Positions 30,457-40,996 of a stretch of 64,000 nt of DNA are shown here, in pieces. The notes beneath the pieces were generated by a model that worked only from the letters and a program-made list of their open reading frames with translations, had not been told where the DNA came from and made no database searches. The DNA comes from a bacterium. Its GTDB lineage: Bacteria; Electryoneota; JAOADG01. A program made the translations under genes and the position numbers. The stretch spans positions 3,744,001 through 3,808,000 of the forward strand of contig OY820579.1 of NCBI GenBank assembly GCA_963681965.1, read 5' to 3'. Within the stretch, counting starts at the first letter, position 1; each line of letters begins with the position of its first letter.

Positions 30457-30906
30457 TTATTCTTCTTCCTCCACACCCTTCTTCTTGAAAATCTTCCGCC
30501 GCATCACCAATGTCGTTACCGACATCAGCACCAGGATCGCAATAAAAAAACGCATGCCGTAGAGACCTTCCCGCCACTCGCAGCGCATTAGATACGAGGT
30601 AGCATCAAGCACACCCACCATCATCGACCACCACAGAATAAAAAACAGGCAGAAGGCACTCACGTTCCGTTGCAATCGCAGCTCCTTCAGCATCGTGCGG
30701 AGTTCGGCATTGGTCGTGCTGGCGGTCGGCATCAACGTTTTAGTAGTTGTTTTCTTCATCGGCCAAAACGACTTGCCATTCATCATCTTGACCCAGTCCC
30801 ATGCCATCCACCAACTGAACAATCCGTAAACGATGTACATAAACCAATTAAATTCTTCAGTCATCGCGCCTCCGCAGTTCGCCACCGCAATCCAATTGAT
30901 CGTCAA
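30457..30906 (-). CDS. Hypothetical membrane protein (three hydrophobic segments; start possibly ~30864)
   Basis: 149-aa ORF; GGAGG precedes the internal ATG (MTEEF). Confidence 0.6.
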   Translation of the reverse strand: MTINWIAVANCGGAMTEEFNWFMYIVYGLFSWWMAWDWVKMMNGKSFWPMKKTTTKTLMPTASTTNAELRTMLKELRLQRNVSAFCLFFILWWSMMVGVLDATSYLMRCEWREGLYGMRFFIAILVLMSVTTLVMRRKIFKKKGVEEEE

Positions 30907-31040
30907 TTGTTCAATGGAATAGTATATTGCAAGAAATCAAGCGCTGCAATCGATATTCATCGCAAAGTAATTTTTTCAAGATTGAATTCGAGGCGACGGG
31001 ATTCGAACAGCAATTCGAATTAAAAACGGAAAACATAAGA

Positions 31041-31305
31041 ACGCAGGCTGAAGCCTGCGGCTACAAAGAAAACAAAAAAATAGCGGACTAAAGTCCGCCG
31101 CTACCTATTTCCCGGTTCGGAGTTTCTGATGGAACAATAATCCGAGAAAACGTCACGAAAAGAGTCGGACTAAAGTCCAACCTCCGAATCAAGATTATTC
31201 TTCTACCACCCATCGGAACGAATATTGTAACTCTCGAAAATTAGTTGTTATCGCTAGTAGGGGCGGGTCCCCGCGCCCGCCCGCAGGTCAGGCGAAGCCT
31301 GACAC
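31041..31305. repeat. REP-like cluster
   Basis: Reverse copies of GTAGCCGCAGG.., GTAGCGGCGG.. and GGAGGTTGGACTTTAGTCCGAC; forward GTAGGGGCGGG.. and GTCAGGCGAAGCCTGAC. Confidence 0.85.
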
Positions 31306-31349
31306 CGAACCAAGACAACTGATTTTCAAGAACACAAAAAAAAATGACA

Positions 31350-31383
31350 AAAAAAATCACCCGCACATCCAGTACGGGTGATA
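31350..31383 (-). terminator. Intrinsic terminator after ric
   Basis: ATCACCCG/CGGGTGAT stem followed by a T-run on the minus strand. Confidence 0.7.
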
Positions 31384-31406
31384 ATGAATCGTCGTCGATG
31401 GTTTCG

Positions 31407-32120
31407 TCAGTTATGTGCTTCGATCAACTCATTGGCAAGTTTACTGGCACGCGGAAACAGAATGTTGTTCTCTTTGTGCATGTGGAGATGGAGATCGCGT
31501 TCCAGATCGGATAGTGCGCGTAGAAACCGTCGATAGCTCTCGCCGGTATCGGCTGGTGCGGTAAAATTGTTCGACAATTTCCGTAATTGCCGGAAATCGT
31601 CGGCGGACGAATCATGCTCGCGAATCCGCACCCGAATCTGGCTGGCGGGATTGACATCGGCTTGCCAATGACCCTCGCCACGTTCGATCTCGCAGATGGT
31701 CGGAAACAACACCTTCTCTTCAGTCATGATGTGTGCTTCCATTGCGAACCGGAACGCGCCGAACACCTTCTCGATCTGATGAATTTCGGGATGATCCTTC
31801 CCGTAATTTTCCGATACTTCTCCGGATAAATCGAATAGCTCCGGCAATTCTTTGCGCAATCGGGTATGATGAATTCCAATAATATTGTCGACCAATTCCT
31901 GCAGCGATAATGCCGACCACTCCGGATCGTTATAGGTCGCATATTTCCGGTCGAATTCCTGCATCTCGGTACGTAACGTATCCGGCAACAAGCCAATCGA
32001 CCGTGCCTCGTCTTCTAAAGTGGAGTTGCCGCGCGAATAATAATCGATTCCTTTTTGTTCGAAAAAGTCGATCCGATTCATCTTCGCTGCAATCAAATCG
32101 GATAACGTTTGCTTCAACAT
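31407..32120 (-). CDS. ric: Iron-sulfur cluster repair di-iron protein (YtfE/Ric)
   Basis: GIDY..RG, I...HH..LR..LP, H...EE.VLFP, EH, H.HKENNILFP hemerythrin motifs. Confidence 0.9.
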   Translation of the reverse strand: MLKQTLSDLIAAKMNRIDFFEQKGIDYYSRGNSTLEDEARSIGLLPDTLRTEMQEFDRKYATYNDPEWSALSLQELVDNIIGIHHTRLRKELPELFDLSGEVSENYGKDHPEIHQIEKVFGAFRFAMEAHIMTEEKVLFPTICEIERGEGHWQADVNPASQIRVRIREHDSSADDFRQLRKLSNNFTAPADTGESYRRFLRALSDLERDLHLHMHKENNILFPRASKLANELIEAHN

Positions 32121-32206
32121 TCTTGCCTCGTAAGAAAAGAACCGATGACGTTTTCACGTCATCGTCATTGATAAATAAAACAATATTCGTCGGGATAAGA
32201 TCTCCG

Positions 32207-32872
32207 TCAAGCCAACGCGAGTACTTCTCCGACCAGTTTCTCGATGCCTTTTTCAACGTCGCTGATGCGGGTCTTCAGCATCCAAGCCGGTGTAGAAACA
32301 ATCTTGTTGGTTCGGTCGACGACATAGTCCGTCACCGAACAACAGACGTGGCGCGCATTCATCGCTTCCAGATCCTTCGCGGAATTCGGATCGATTCCGA
32401 GTGTCATCGTCACTTTCAGACCACTCTTTTCAAATACTTTCGCCACCACAACCGGACTAATACAAATTGCGCCAATCGGTTTTTTCCGTTGGTGCACTTT
32501 TCGGATCAATTCCGCAACTTGCTCATCGACCGTGCAGTCGACACCATCGAAAGCATACGTTCCAATTTGTTTTGCGGCACCGAAACCACCGGGTAGAATC
32601 AGTGCATCCAATTGATCTGCGATCTTGGGATCGACCGGATGAATGTTGCCGCGCACGATCCGCGCCGCTTCGATCATGACGTTGCGGGTTTCGCCCTTCA
32701 TCGTCTCGCCGGTTATGTGATTAATAACCTGCGCTTGAGGCTTGTCCGGCGCCATCGCCACGACCTCAACCCCGGCACGATCCAGTACTAACAGCGTCAG
32801 AATGGCTTCCTGAATTTCCGCACCATCCAAATGACCGCAACCAGCCAGAACAACACCAACTTTTTTCGCCAT
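32207..32872 (-). CDS. elbB: ElbB/ES1 glyoxalase (DJ-1 superfamily)
   Basis: VVLAGCG..DG.EI.E, RNV..EAARI.RG, PGGFGAAK, ICISP, STPA.M. Confidence 0.92.
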   Translation of the reverse strand: MAKKVGVVLAGCGHLDGAEIQEAILTLLVLDRAGVEVVAMAPDKPQAQVINHITGETMKGETRNVMIEAARIVRGNIHPVDPKIADQLDALILPGGFGAAKQIGTYAFDGVDCTVDEQVAELIRKVHQRKKPIGAICISPVVVAKVFEKSGLKVTMTLGIDPNSAKDLEAMNARHVCCSVTDYVVDRTNKIVSTPAWMLKTRISDVEKGIEKLVGEVLALA

Positions 32873-33065
32873 TTCCGTCTCCGACGTAAACAACTTTAAC
32901 TCTAGAAAATGGCGAAATTTCTCGACCGAAGCAACCTTTTTTCACGCGATTGATAAATGTTATCGTCCGACCGCGAAAAACCCAACCGCACCAAGTCATC
33001 GATTGGTTACGAAAAACCCCTGCTCGATAGGATGCAGGGGTTCAAATGGTTCGACTGGGTATTCA

Positions 33066-34292
33066 TTATTCCCAATACCAGACCTGCTGCAAAACGGTGG
33101 TCAATGGATAACCCGGAGGCGAGATATCCTGCAGCCGATTGTCGTACATATAATTCTTCAAATAGCCCGTCCGCGAAGTACCGGAACCTTGACCAACCGC
33201 GCCGCGCTTCTTTTGCGCCAATCCGCCGTAAATATTCAAGTAATTCGACTTGATCGAAGTATAAGTCGAATTGTAGAAATTGACCGTATTCGATGTCGAA
33301 GACTCGTTCATGCACAAAATATGCGCCATAATCGTACGATCAGTGTTGGCAACACTGTTCGTTACAGCGCAATTCAATCGAGTTACCAGCCCCAATAAGT
33401 CGGTGGAGGCGGGATTGACCCGGGGATCGGTGTTGTAAGTGATATCTCCGGTAATATTCATGTTTCCCTGCACCGCGAGCGTGTATTGCCCTTTTACTAC
33501 ACCGCTGACATTCACAGTATAGCCGGTGCTGGTTCCCGTATTGGGACCGACAAAAATAATCCCGTTGGTCGGACGAGTTGCCGCTGTCCATGCACCGGTC
33601 GAACTGGTTCTGACTTGATAAGTACCATCGGCAAGGAATTGAAGATAAAGCGTAGCAGTGTTGAAAACACGCCCACCCGCAATTGCTGCTGCGCGTAGTG
33701 AATCGGTATTTGTCGGCAAACTCATATCCGGAGCGCCCCAGTTCGGGGTTTGAGCAAAATACGGATTGGTGCCACTCGAGGCAGGGTTATAGCCTGTCGA
33801 TCCGTAGGATTGATGGCTAGAGACACTATTCATAAAGGCGGGGCGACCATCCATCGTAAAATAGGAATTCGTGTGGACGGGACCGCGCAAGGTGTCACCG
33901 GTGATAAACCGAATATTACTGCCATCGTTGTCGGTGATGTAGGCAAAACGGCTAAAAGAAGGGAATTGAAGAGTAACTTGGGCAGTATCGCGTTGGGCAC
34001 CGATTGCAGCGATACTGACCACTCGCAGTTGCGATCCACTGATACGGGTGATCGCGACGGTAAAAGTGCCGTTGCGGATAGATCCCGTTATGCCGCCTAA
34101 ACTATCCGAATGCAGCGTTAACTGATTTAATGCCCGGTTGATCCCGCTGGCAGTCAACAGCTTTAATTGCACCGCGTTTACCATCACCGATGTACTGTCC
34201 GAAACCGATTCCTGGGTCGAGCGCAATCGCGAGCCGACATATGTATATCCGACCAAAAACGCCATGACCATGATCAACGATAAGTTTCCCAT
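33066..34292 (-). CDS. PilX/GspK-like large minor pilin
   Basis: N-terminal TM helix from residue 2, A.SG...AL helix, FSRFAY, G.VHTN, GYLKNY.YD.RL...PP.YP..W.E tail; last of a three-gene minor-pilin set. Confidence 0.72.
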   Translation of the reverse strand: MGNLSLIMVMAFLVGYTYVGSRLRSTQESVSDSTSVMVNAVQLKLLTASGINRALNQLTLHSDSLGGITGSIRNGTFTVAITRISGSQLRVVSIAAIGAQRDTAQVTLQFPSFSRFAYITDNDGSNIRFITGDTLRGPVHTNSYFTMDGRPAFMNSVSSHQSYGSTGYNPASSGTNPYFAQTPNWGAPDMSLPTNTDSLRAAAIAGGRVFNTATLYLQFLADGTYQVRTSSTGAWTAATRPTNGIIFVGPNTGTSTGYTVNVSGVVKGQYTLAVQGNMNITGDITYNTDPRVNPASTDLLGLVTRLNCAVTNSVANTDRTIMAHILCMNESSTSNTVNFYNSTYTSIKSNYLNIYGGLAQKKRGAVGQGSGTSRTGYLKNYMYDNRLQDISPPGYPLTTVLQQVWYWE

Positions 34293-34300
34293 GGTTCACC

Positions 34301-34957
34301 TCACAAAAGATTACGGGGACGATACATTTTTTGAACGTTAATACTGGGAAATGCAGTGGTATCGGTCCAAGCCGGAGTGGTCCGCTCACCGGGCTTGGGA
34401 ATACGATACCGACTCTCGATCCGATAAGTAACGCGAATCATTTTGATTCGCAGTCGGTTCGTGGAATCGATCGGAGTACCGATTTGAACACCGTCGGCAT
34501 CGAAATAATTGAAAAAGAACCGGGTCATCCCATAAGAGACCAACTGCGATTGACCGTTTACACTACGATAGACGAAACCTTCATTGATGTTGGGGAGCGA
34601 ATCTTTCGCCGACCGACCGTTAGGAAACAACTTCGTGACTTTGTTGACAACCGGATACATGATTTGCCACTGGACACGGATCGAATCGCCGGTCGCCGCT
34701 TTCGTCGGTTTGTAGTTAAAGGCTAGGATGTTGGTATCTGCCTGAGTGATTGCCATGCGTGGTCGGATTAAACCATAACCAATCTTCAACAAATCGTAGT
34801 CCAGCAGCATTTTAATCTGTCGCGTGACAACAACCGGCATCCCTTCGGTATAGGCACGATTCGTCTCATCGGCAACCCTGCTGTTCATATTCACCAGCAA
34901 CAACAGCAGTACACCGCCGATGATCGAGGCTAACGCTAGATCGAGACCTGTATTCAT
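34301..34957 (-). CDS. PilW/GspJ-like minor pilin
   Basis: N-terminal hydrophobic helix, D...IGY, F.YFD..G, I..I.V, C-terminal PRNL. Confidence 0.72.
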   Translation of the reverse strand: MNTGLDLALASIIGGVLLLLLVNMNSRVADETNRAYTEGMPVVVTRQIKMLLDYDLLKIGYGLIRPRMAITQADTNILAFNYKPTKAATGDSIRVQWQIMYPVVNKVTKLFPNGRSAKDSLPNINEGFVYRSVNGQSQLVSYGMTRFFFNYFDADGVQIGTPIDSTNRLRIKMIRVTYRIESRYRIPKPGERTTPAWTDTTAFPSINVQKMYRPRNLL

Positions 34958-34969
34958 CGTTTGCTCCGC

Positions 34970-35485
34970 TCAGTTAACCTGCCGTTGATCGAACAAATTC
35001 TGAAAAGTTGCGATAAAATTGAACACCAATGAACTATCGGTTAAAGAACTCATGTAGGTCGATTTGACCTTTAAGTTGATCCGCTTCGTGTACGACCGGG
35101 CAGTCAACGGTGTCGTCAGTTCGGTCGGCGAGACATAAAATACCTGCATCGTGACACGATAGGGGATGCCACCTACCGTCTGCGTGATATTGAGATTGTT
35201 GTAATCGTCCACATCGTCGAAAGTACCAGTGGAATAAGCTTCTCCGGTTTCGGCACCAAGCGATGCAACTGCCGTGAATTCCGAAGTCGTATCGGCAAGC
35301 GAATCGTTATCGAACCGTTTGTTGCGGCATTCAGTTAGGATCCGCTCACCTAGATTCAGCGCTTCGATGATCGCACTACTCTCGACCACCTTATTCGTTG
35401 TATTCTGAAGGGCACTGTTGACATTGAGTCCAATCACCCCGATCAGGATCAACGACCCGAGAACCAACATTGATTGAACGTTCAC
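34970..35485 (-). CDS. PilV/GspI-like minor pilin
   Basis: N-terminal hydrophobic helix, E....FD, LG.E.GE..FDDVDDYN, V.YV, K.I...V. Confidence 0.72.
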   Translation of the reverse strand: MNVQSMLVLGSLILIGVIGLNVNSALQNTTNKVVESSAIIEALNLGERILTECRNKRFDNDSLADTTSEFTAVASLGAETGEAYSTGTFDDVDDYNNLNITQTVGGIPYRVTMQVFYVSPTELTTPLTARSYTKRINLKVKSTYMSSLTDSSLVFNFIATFQNLFDQRQVN

Positions 35486-35663
35486 GATACCTTCCGTAAC
35501 TCATGACAGATGAATTTCACAAGAAACACTACTTGCCGGAGCGATCTCAACCCACTATCGATGGACTGGAATGAAGAAAGCTCGACAACAATTCCAGTTG
35601 TTATCAAGCTACAATGTGTTAATTGTCAAGCATAGAGGAGGAGAGTGCTCTCCTAAAATATTA

Positions 35664-35679
35664 TGTGATCTGTATCACC
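35664..35679. promoter_or_regulatory. CRP-family box upstream of the minor-pilin operon
   Basis: TGTGA-TCTGTA-TCACC; TTGACA on the minus strand at 35624-35629. Confidence 0.6.
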
Positions 35680-35684
35680 TAATA

Positions 35685-36599
35685 CTAATGTGAAGACATA
35701 TTTCTGGACTGAAGTACTTGACTCGGCGTCATCGATTCACGAACCAGAGCGAGTACCCGCTTCCGAATAAAGCCACCGTAATTCAAGGTAAATTCCACCG
35801 ATGCCGAGGGTTGATCGATTCGGGTCACAAAACCGAGATAAACCGGATCGCCTTCCTTAATCGCGATCAATGCCCCTTGTTGATCCTGCATATACGCGAT
35901 CTTATTGGAGATGGCAACCAGTTTCGAGCGATCCACTTCGGCATATCCATCTTCATTTTTCGGCAGTCGTTCTGAAACCAACGGTTTGAAGGGATTCCAT
36001 TGAATCCGATTCATCGGTTCGGAAGTCGATGCAATCTCGTCCGTACCGTTTTGTGCCGCGTATGCGACGACTCGAGTATTTAGCGATACCATTTCAATCG
36101 GATGCCGGTCGTCTTCTGCTGGAGGTTTCGCATCCATCTGCATTTCGATAATCACCATCAACCGCTTGTTGGTCTCGAAATAATTCAGAAATTCGAATAG
36201 TTGCTCGAAGGTGACATCCGCCCGGAAACTGTACTTCCGCGCCGAGAGACCAAGCGTATCGCGTTGATCCTCGAATTCGAAATCGAACGGGAATGGATGT
36301 TTGGTCTTCATCACAATACTGTGAAGATACTTGTAACTAATCTTGGTGTCTTCGGTGTGCGGAAGAATTTTATTGCGATGTTGCCAGCGCGAACGCATCT
36401 CCGCCAAGTCCTTCCGACTCCGCTCGATCTCGGAAAAAATAACGGCGTCTTTCATCAGTTTGGCATCAAGGTCGCGCATCTGTAGCGTGATCTTATTCTT
36501 CGCCTTCTGTGCTGGAAAGACCAGCACAAACCAACCGATCGAATTCACGATCAAAATCAATATTGCGAGGATAATACTGTTGCGGATGGCGTACGGCAT
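35685..36599 (-). CDS. PilO-like protein with a PilP-like C-terminal domain
   Basis: TM + coiled coil + ILP + ferredoxin-like F..L..FL...E; then NPF.PL and L.AI...A....G....IKEGD...G.V..ID. Confidence 0.7.
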   Translation of the reverse strand: MPYAIRNSIILAILILIVNSIGWFVLVFPAQKAKNKITLQMRDLDAKLMKDAVIFSEIERSRKDLAEMRSRWQHRNKILPHTEDTKISYKYLHSIVMKTKHPFPFDFEFEDQRDTLGLSARKYSFRADVTFEQLFEFLNYFETNKRLMVIIEMQMDAKPPAEDDRHPIEMVSLNTRVVAYAAQNGTDEIASTSEPMNRIQWNPFKPLVSERLPKNEDGYAEVDRSKLVAISNKIAYMQDQQGALIAIKEGDPVYLGFVTRIDQPSASVEFTLNYGGFIRKRVLALVRESMTPSQVLQSRNMSSH

Positions 36600-38305
36600 T
36601 AGCTTACCCCCCCGGACTTACTTCCACCCATCGCATCGGGTCGCTCGTAGTTGCTACCCGGATCGGCGGCTTTACTCGAATCCGATTCGGATCCCGGTAC
36701 AACACCCGACTTCAACGAAGTTGGATCGTGTGGCGGTTCATCCGGCGGATAAGGTATCTTCAGCTCGAATTTATAAATCGTTTTCTTCTGCACCGAGATT
36801 CGGTTGACACTTAGAATTACTGTATTGGGAAAGATCTTGGCAATATCGTTGACCCGCGACAGATACAACGATTTTCCCATCAGGGTGATGCCATGTTTGC
36901 CGGTCTGAATCGATTCGATCCAGATCGATTTGATCTTGTTTCCCTTATCGTTCAATTCCGAGAGAACGCTGCTCCAGCGATGACTGCCGATCGATAATGA
37001 ATCGGATAACTTCAGCAATCGCTGCATATCGTTAATATTGAGATTGAGGGTATCCAATTCGGAATGGAGGGCAAGATTGATCTGATCCTGCGCCTGTTTC
37101 TGAGTGAACATCCGTTTCTGGAACAACAACTCTTTCCGCTCACCGACCGATCGAAACGTGACTCCCATTGTCGAAACAAATAGTAAGGCGAGTAACAGAT
37201 AGGTATGCCACGCAAAACTCAAAACACGCTGCGACCGGCGAATCGTTTCCGGAAGCATATTCGACTTCCAGAATAATTTCGGTTCGAGCATCTTCAGTGC
37301 GATGCCGATCGAAACCGTGAATTCGGAAAGAATCGCGTGCTCTTCGGTGGATAGCAGCGAATCGTCGCAGCCGCCATTCATAATCACACGCAAGGCGGCA
37401 TGTGGGTAGCGATGTTCGAAAAATTCTCGGGCACCATTGTTCTCGACATTGCCCGAGAGCGCAAAACGGTGAACTTCGGGAATTCCCAATTCGTCTTGCT
37501 CGAAGAGAATTTTACTGGTCAATGTCTGCAATAACGATTGCGGCGAAGATCCGGTCGGGATCAGCGGTGCAACCGCGATAACTTCGTCTTCCCGCAGAAC
37601 CATCAGGTGGGTGTATTCTTTTCCGATATGGATATAGACGGTGACCTCGCCGGTTGAGGCAGGCCATTCCATATTCATCATACCGGTCAATGCTACTTCG
37701 ACCGTATCGATCAATTCGTAGCGTAATCGGGGATTCCCAAACTGATTTTTTAATTCGCCGAAGCGATCGATTAATTTAAATTTGTCGCGATGAACGAAGC
37801 ACCACGCCGGACCATTCTTCTGAATTTCGACATAGGAATTGGAGTTGGTAACTTCTTCGCCAATTATCGTTTGTGCTTCGGCGCGGACGCGTTGTCCGAA
37901 ATTGCCGGGTTTCTCGCCCGGAAGCAGTTCTCCACCATTATAGAACCGGACATTTACCGGCGAGATCGCAAACCCGAGTTTACTCTTTCCGACCGGCATA
38001 CTCTGCATCGCCGATGCAATGATGCGATCGTCGTCCTCCGACTTTTCGAACGTCTCGACCAATCCCGAAACAGCAGCCTCTAGATCGGCTCCGAATGGCG
38101 ACGCCTCAACCGCTGCCGGTTGCATCGCGTTCGCCTGATCGGGTGTATCGATCGCTGCCGTCAGCGTCAACCGTTGAATCGAGGCGATATGAACCTGCCC
38201 CTTAGATCGCACCAGTAGCGCGATCAAGAGGTCGTTCCCATCGGTTTGAAAACCGATGGCATGTGCGCCTGAGTGCGGTATAATATTCAGATTAGGGGTT
38301 TCCAT
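36599..38305 (-). CDS. PilM-PilN fusion alignment protein
   Basis: Actin-like N-terminal region (IGFQTDG, YIHIG, LSG, SIGIAL), then NMLP, a TM helix, coiled coil and W...L....IWI.SI...G.S PilN pattern. Confidence 0.72.
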   Translation of the reverse strand: METPNLNIIPHSGAHAIGFQTDGNDLLIALLVRSKGQVHIASIQRLTLTAAIDTPDQANAMQPAAVEASPFGADLEAAVSGLVETFEKSEDDDRIIASAMQSMPVGKSKLGFAISPVNVRFYNGGELLPGEKPGNFGQRVRAEAQTIIGEEVTNSNSYVEIQKNGPAWCFVHRDKFKLIDRFGELKNQFGNPRLRYELIDTVEVALTGMMNMEWPASTGEVTVYIHIGKEYTHLMVLREDEVIAVAPLIPTGSSPQSLLQTLTSKILFEQDELGIPEVHRFALSGNVENNGAREFFEHRYPHAALRVIMNGGCDDSLLSTEEHAILSEFTVSIGIALKMLEPKLFWKSNMLPETIRRSQRVLSFAWHTYLLLALLFVSTMGVTFRSVGERKELLFQKRMFTQKQAQDQINLALHSELDTLNLNINDMQRLLKLSDSLSIGSHRWSSVLSELNDKGNKIKSIWIESIQTGKHGITLMGKSLYLSRVNDIAKIFPNTVILSVNRISVQKKTIYKFELKIPYPPDEPPHDPTSLKSGVVPGSESDSSKAADPGSNYERPDAMGGSKSGGVS

Positions 38306-38306
38306 A

Positions 38307-39545
38307 TCAGATCCCCGAGATGAGTTCTTGCATTCGCTTCTTGTTGTTGGCGTAATCCATCGCGATCTGTGTCGTGATGCGTCGTTGTTGGACCAATCGG
38401 CGAAGATCCTGTTCGATCGTCACCATGCCGTCGGCAGACGATTCGTGAATCATCTGATAAATTTCAGTGGTATTGTTGTTACGGATTGCCGCACGAACAC
38501 TGGAATTTATCACCAACACCTCTTTCGCCAGACAACGCTTTCCGTCCACGGTCGGAACCAGTTTCTGCGAGATAATACACTGCAAAACGTCGGCGAGTCG
38601 CATGCGAACTCGCGACTGTTCCGTATCCGGGACTTCCGCGACGATACGGTCGATCGATTCGACCGCCGATGCGGTGTGTAACGTGGAAAAGACTTTGTGT
38701 CCCGAATCGGTAATGTCCAGCGCAGTCATAATCGTTTCCGGATCGCGCATTTCTCCGATGACAATGATATCGGGGTCTTGCCGCAATGCCTGAATCGCGC
38801 CATCCTTGAATGAAACCACATCGCGACCGACTTCGCGGTGCCGGATAATACACCGTGCCGATTGGTGAATCGTTTCGATCGGCGATGCGATGATCACGAT
38901 ATGTGCGTCAACCGTCTTGTTGTTGGCATCGATGATCGAATCGAGTGTTGTCGATTTTCCCGATCCGGTAATACCGGTTACCAGCACCAAACCCAATTTA
39001 ACGTGTGCCAGCGACAATACCCGCGCGACGTTCGAGCTTAACTCCAATTCCTTGAAGGGGCGGATCGAACCGGTAATATACCGCATATTCAGCGCCAGAT
39101 GACCCATGTCGAAATAGGCGTCGGCACGAAATCGCAGTTGTTCCGGGACGTCACGACCGGGTCGCGTCGCCAGTGTTGTATACGAAAAATCGCAGTTTCG
39201 TTCTTTCCACAATGCCCAGAGTTGCGAATCGTCGAGCAAATTCAAAATCGCGATATCGGTCTGATCCGGAATATATCGCCCCGATACTTGATCGGGACTT
39301 TTGATGCCGTGTACCCGATACCAAATGTATCCACCGGAAGATGAACCACCGAAATCGATATCGCTCGCCGTGATATCGGGCATTTTCGCAACGATATCTT
39401 GAATAAATTGGAACAGCGGCTGTCGCTGTCGCCAATCGTATTTTTTCAGGATAGCAGCCATCTGCCGCAACCGTTCGACGCCGGTTGTGTAAGGGTCGAT
39501 TTCCCCTAAAATCTGGTTGGTGATATCGACCAGTTCTTGCGGCAT
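38307..39545 (-). CDS. pilT: Type IV pilus retraction ATPase with N-terminal extension (start at 39545)
   Basis: ASDI, VTGITGSGKSTTL, ALRQDPDII.IGEMRD.ET, SGH.VFSTLHT, ISQKLVP. Confidence 0.9.
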   Translation of the reverse strand: MPQELVDITNQILGEIDPYTTGVERLRQMAAILKKYDWRQRQPLFQFIQDIVAKMPDITASDIDFGGSSSGGYIWYRVHGIKSPDQVSGRYIPDQTDIAILNLLDDSQLWALWKERNCDFSYTTLATRPGRDVPEQLRFRADAYFDMGHLALNMRYITGSIRPFKELELSSNVARVLSLAHVKLGLVLVTGITGSGKSTTLDSIIDANNKTVDAHIVIIASPIETIHQSARCIIRHREVGRDVVSFKDGAIQALRQDPDIIVIGEMRDPETIMTALDITDSGHKVFSTLHTASAVESIDRIVAEVPDTEQSRVRMRLADVLQCIISQKLVPTVDGKRCLAKEVLVINSSVRAAIRNNNTTEIYQMIHESSADGMVTIEQDLRRLVQQRRITTQIAMDYANNKKRMQELISGI

Positions 39546-40930
39546 TAGTGAATAACTCCTGAAACTTGACGCATCGCCCGACCATTGTCGCCGGCAACGG
39601 CAATCGTCAACACTGTCATTGCACCGATTGCATGATCGATCGTATCCGGATCCGATAGCGTAAAGGTGAAATGCGTCCAATCATCGGACCAAGTGTCCGG
39701 GAAGATCAGGTTAATGTCGCCATTCAACGTACCGAAGGTCGAAGTCACCATGTACTGCGTTCCCGAGGACAACGGGTGATCGTAGACATCGCTCAAGGTG
39801 ATATTGAATTGCTGCATTCCGCGATTGGGAATATCGAACGTGTTCGGTACAACATTAAAGTTCCAAATCACGCCGGTCCACAAAACCGTGCCAAAAATCG
39901 AATAACGATGACCGGTGCAATCCACTGTCTGCAAGTGAACTCGCGACCAGCCACGATCGGTACTGTTGAACGGGAAGGGGTTACCGCTAAGAAGCAGTAC
40001 GCGAGACATACCGTCGATATTCGCATTGCCTTGCGGTTCCACCACACCGTGATCGGAATAGAAATAACATTGAGTTCCAACCGGTACCGGATTCGAATAC
40101 CGATCGCCAATCAGCGCTACGACCGTATCAACCCGACCCACCCAGTCGAGACCGGGATAATTAATCCGGTGGAAACCGACAGTCGTATGAACGGAATCCG
40201 GCGGACCGGTATGGACCGATAACTGCACCGGACGAGCACGAATTGTATCGTGTACCGTTGCCATGATTTGCAGAGTTCCCGGGCGGGTACCGGAAATGAC
40301 CGAAACCATTGCGCGACCATTTTCATTCGTTACTGCGGTATCGTTGCCAAGATATTCGCCACCGGTGGTGCCACCCAAAATGGAAAACCGAACCGTCGCG
40401 GAATTATTCAAATCGACCGGAACACCGCGAGTATCGCGCACTTCATAAGTCAACCGCGCAGTTTCGACTTCACCGGTTTCCCGAACGGTAATGTACGGTA
40501 CGTTGGATCCCACGAAGTAAATCGTTGCCGGAGAAGTGGAGGGTCCAGAATTGGAAGTGTCGGGATCGTCGGCAAGATTCTTCAGTGAAAGTGTCGGGAC
40601 TTGATACTTCCTGCCCGAAACGATGTAAAGCACCGTAGTATCTTTACCGTATCCACTGCCAGCCGAGGCGTACACATGAATATTTTGCTTGAGACTGTCG
40701 CCGACTTCGATAAAGAGGGTATAGTTACCGGTGGAATCGGTACCAGTTGTCACTTCCGGATACTCCACCACGCCGACCGATGCATTCGGAATACCGCGCT
40801 CGGTGCGGACATTCTGAACCGTACCGGTTAGCACAACCGACGTATCGGTAACGACACTTTTGTCCTTGCTCTTGCACCCAAGGAACGCAAGCAGGATCGA
40901 AAGGAGAATTAAATATCGCAATCGGAACAT
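39545..40930 (-). CDS. Lipoprotein with carboxypeptidase-regulatory-like and invasin/Big-like Ig domains
   Basis: Lipobox FLGC; TDSTGNY, D..G.PV...TV.F, TNENG.A, D.YSNPVP.GT...F. Confidence 0.75.
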   Translation of the reverse strand: MFRLRYLILLSILLAFLGCKSKDKSVVTDTSVVLTGTVQNVRTERGIPNASVGVVEYPEVTTGTDSTGNYTLFIEVGDSLKQNIHVYASAGSGYGKDTTVLYIVSGRKYQVPTLSLKNLADDPDTSNSGPSTSPATIYFVGSNVPYITVRETGEVETARLTYEVRDTRGVPVDLNNSATVRFSILGGTTGGEYLGNDTAVTNENGRAMVSVISGTRPGTLQIMATVHDTIRARPVQLSVHTGPPDSVHTTVGFHRINYPGLDWVGRVDTVVALIGDRYSNPVPVGTQCYFYSDHGVVEPQGNANIDGMSRVLLLSGNPFPFNSTDRGWSRVHLQTVDCTGHRYSIFGTVLWTGVIWNFNVVPNTFDIPNRGMQQFNITLSDVYDHPLSSGTQYMVTSTFGTLNGDINLIFPDTWSDDWTHFTFTLSDPDTIDHAIGAMTVLTIAVAGDNGRAMRQVSGVIH

Positions 40931-40996
40931 ATCCGCTCCAGTACTAAAATTGCTTTAACAGACTAGCTTCCGCGACCGACAGTTATTGCTTCGGGA

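Noticed and set aside
32165-32185. FNR/NsrR-type site upstream of ric
   Set aside because: Only one half-site (TTGAT) matches; too weak to call
39546-39680. N-terminal 45 aa of PilT as given in the ORF track
   Set aside because: Overlaps the upstream lipoprotein; a GGAG RBS supports the ATG at 39545
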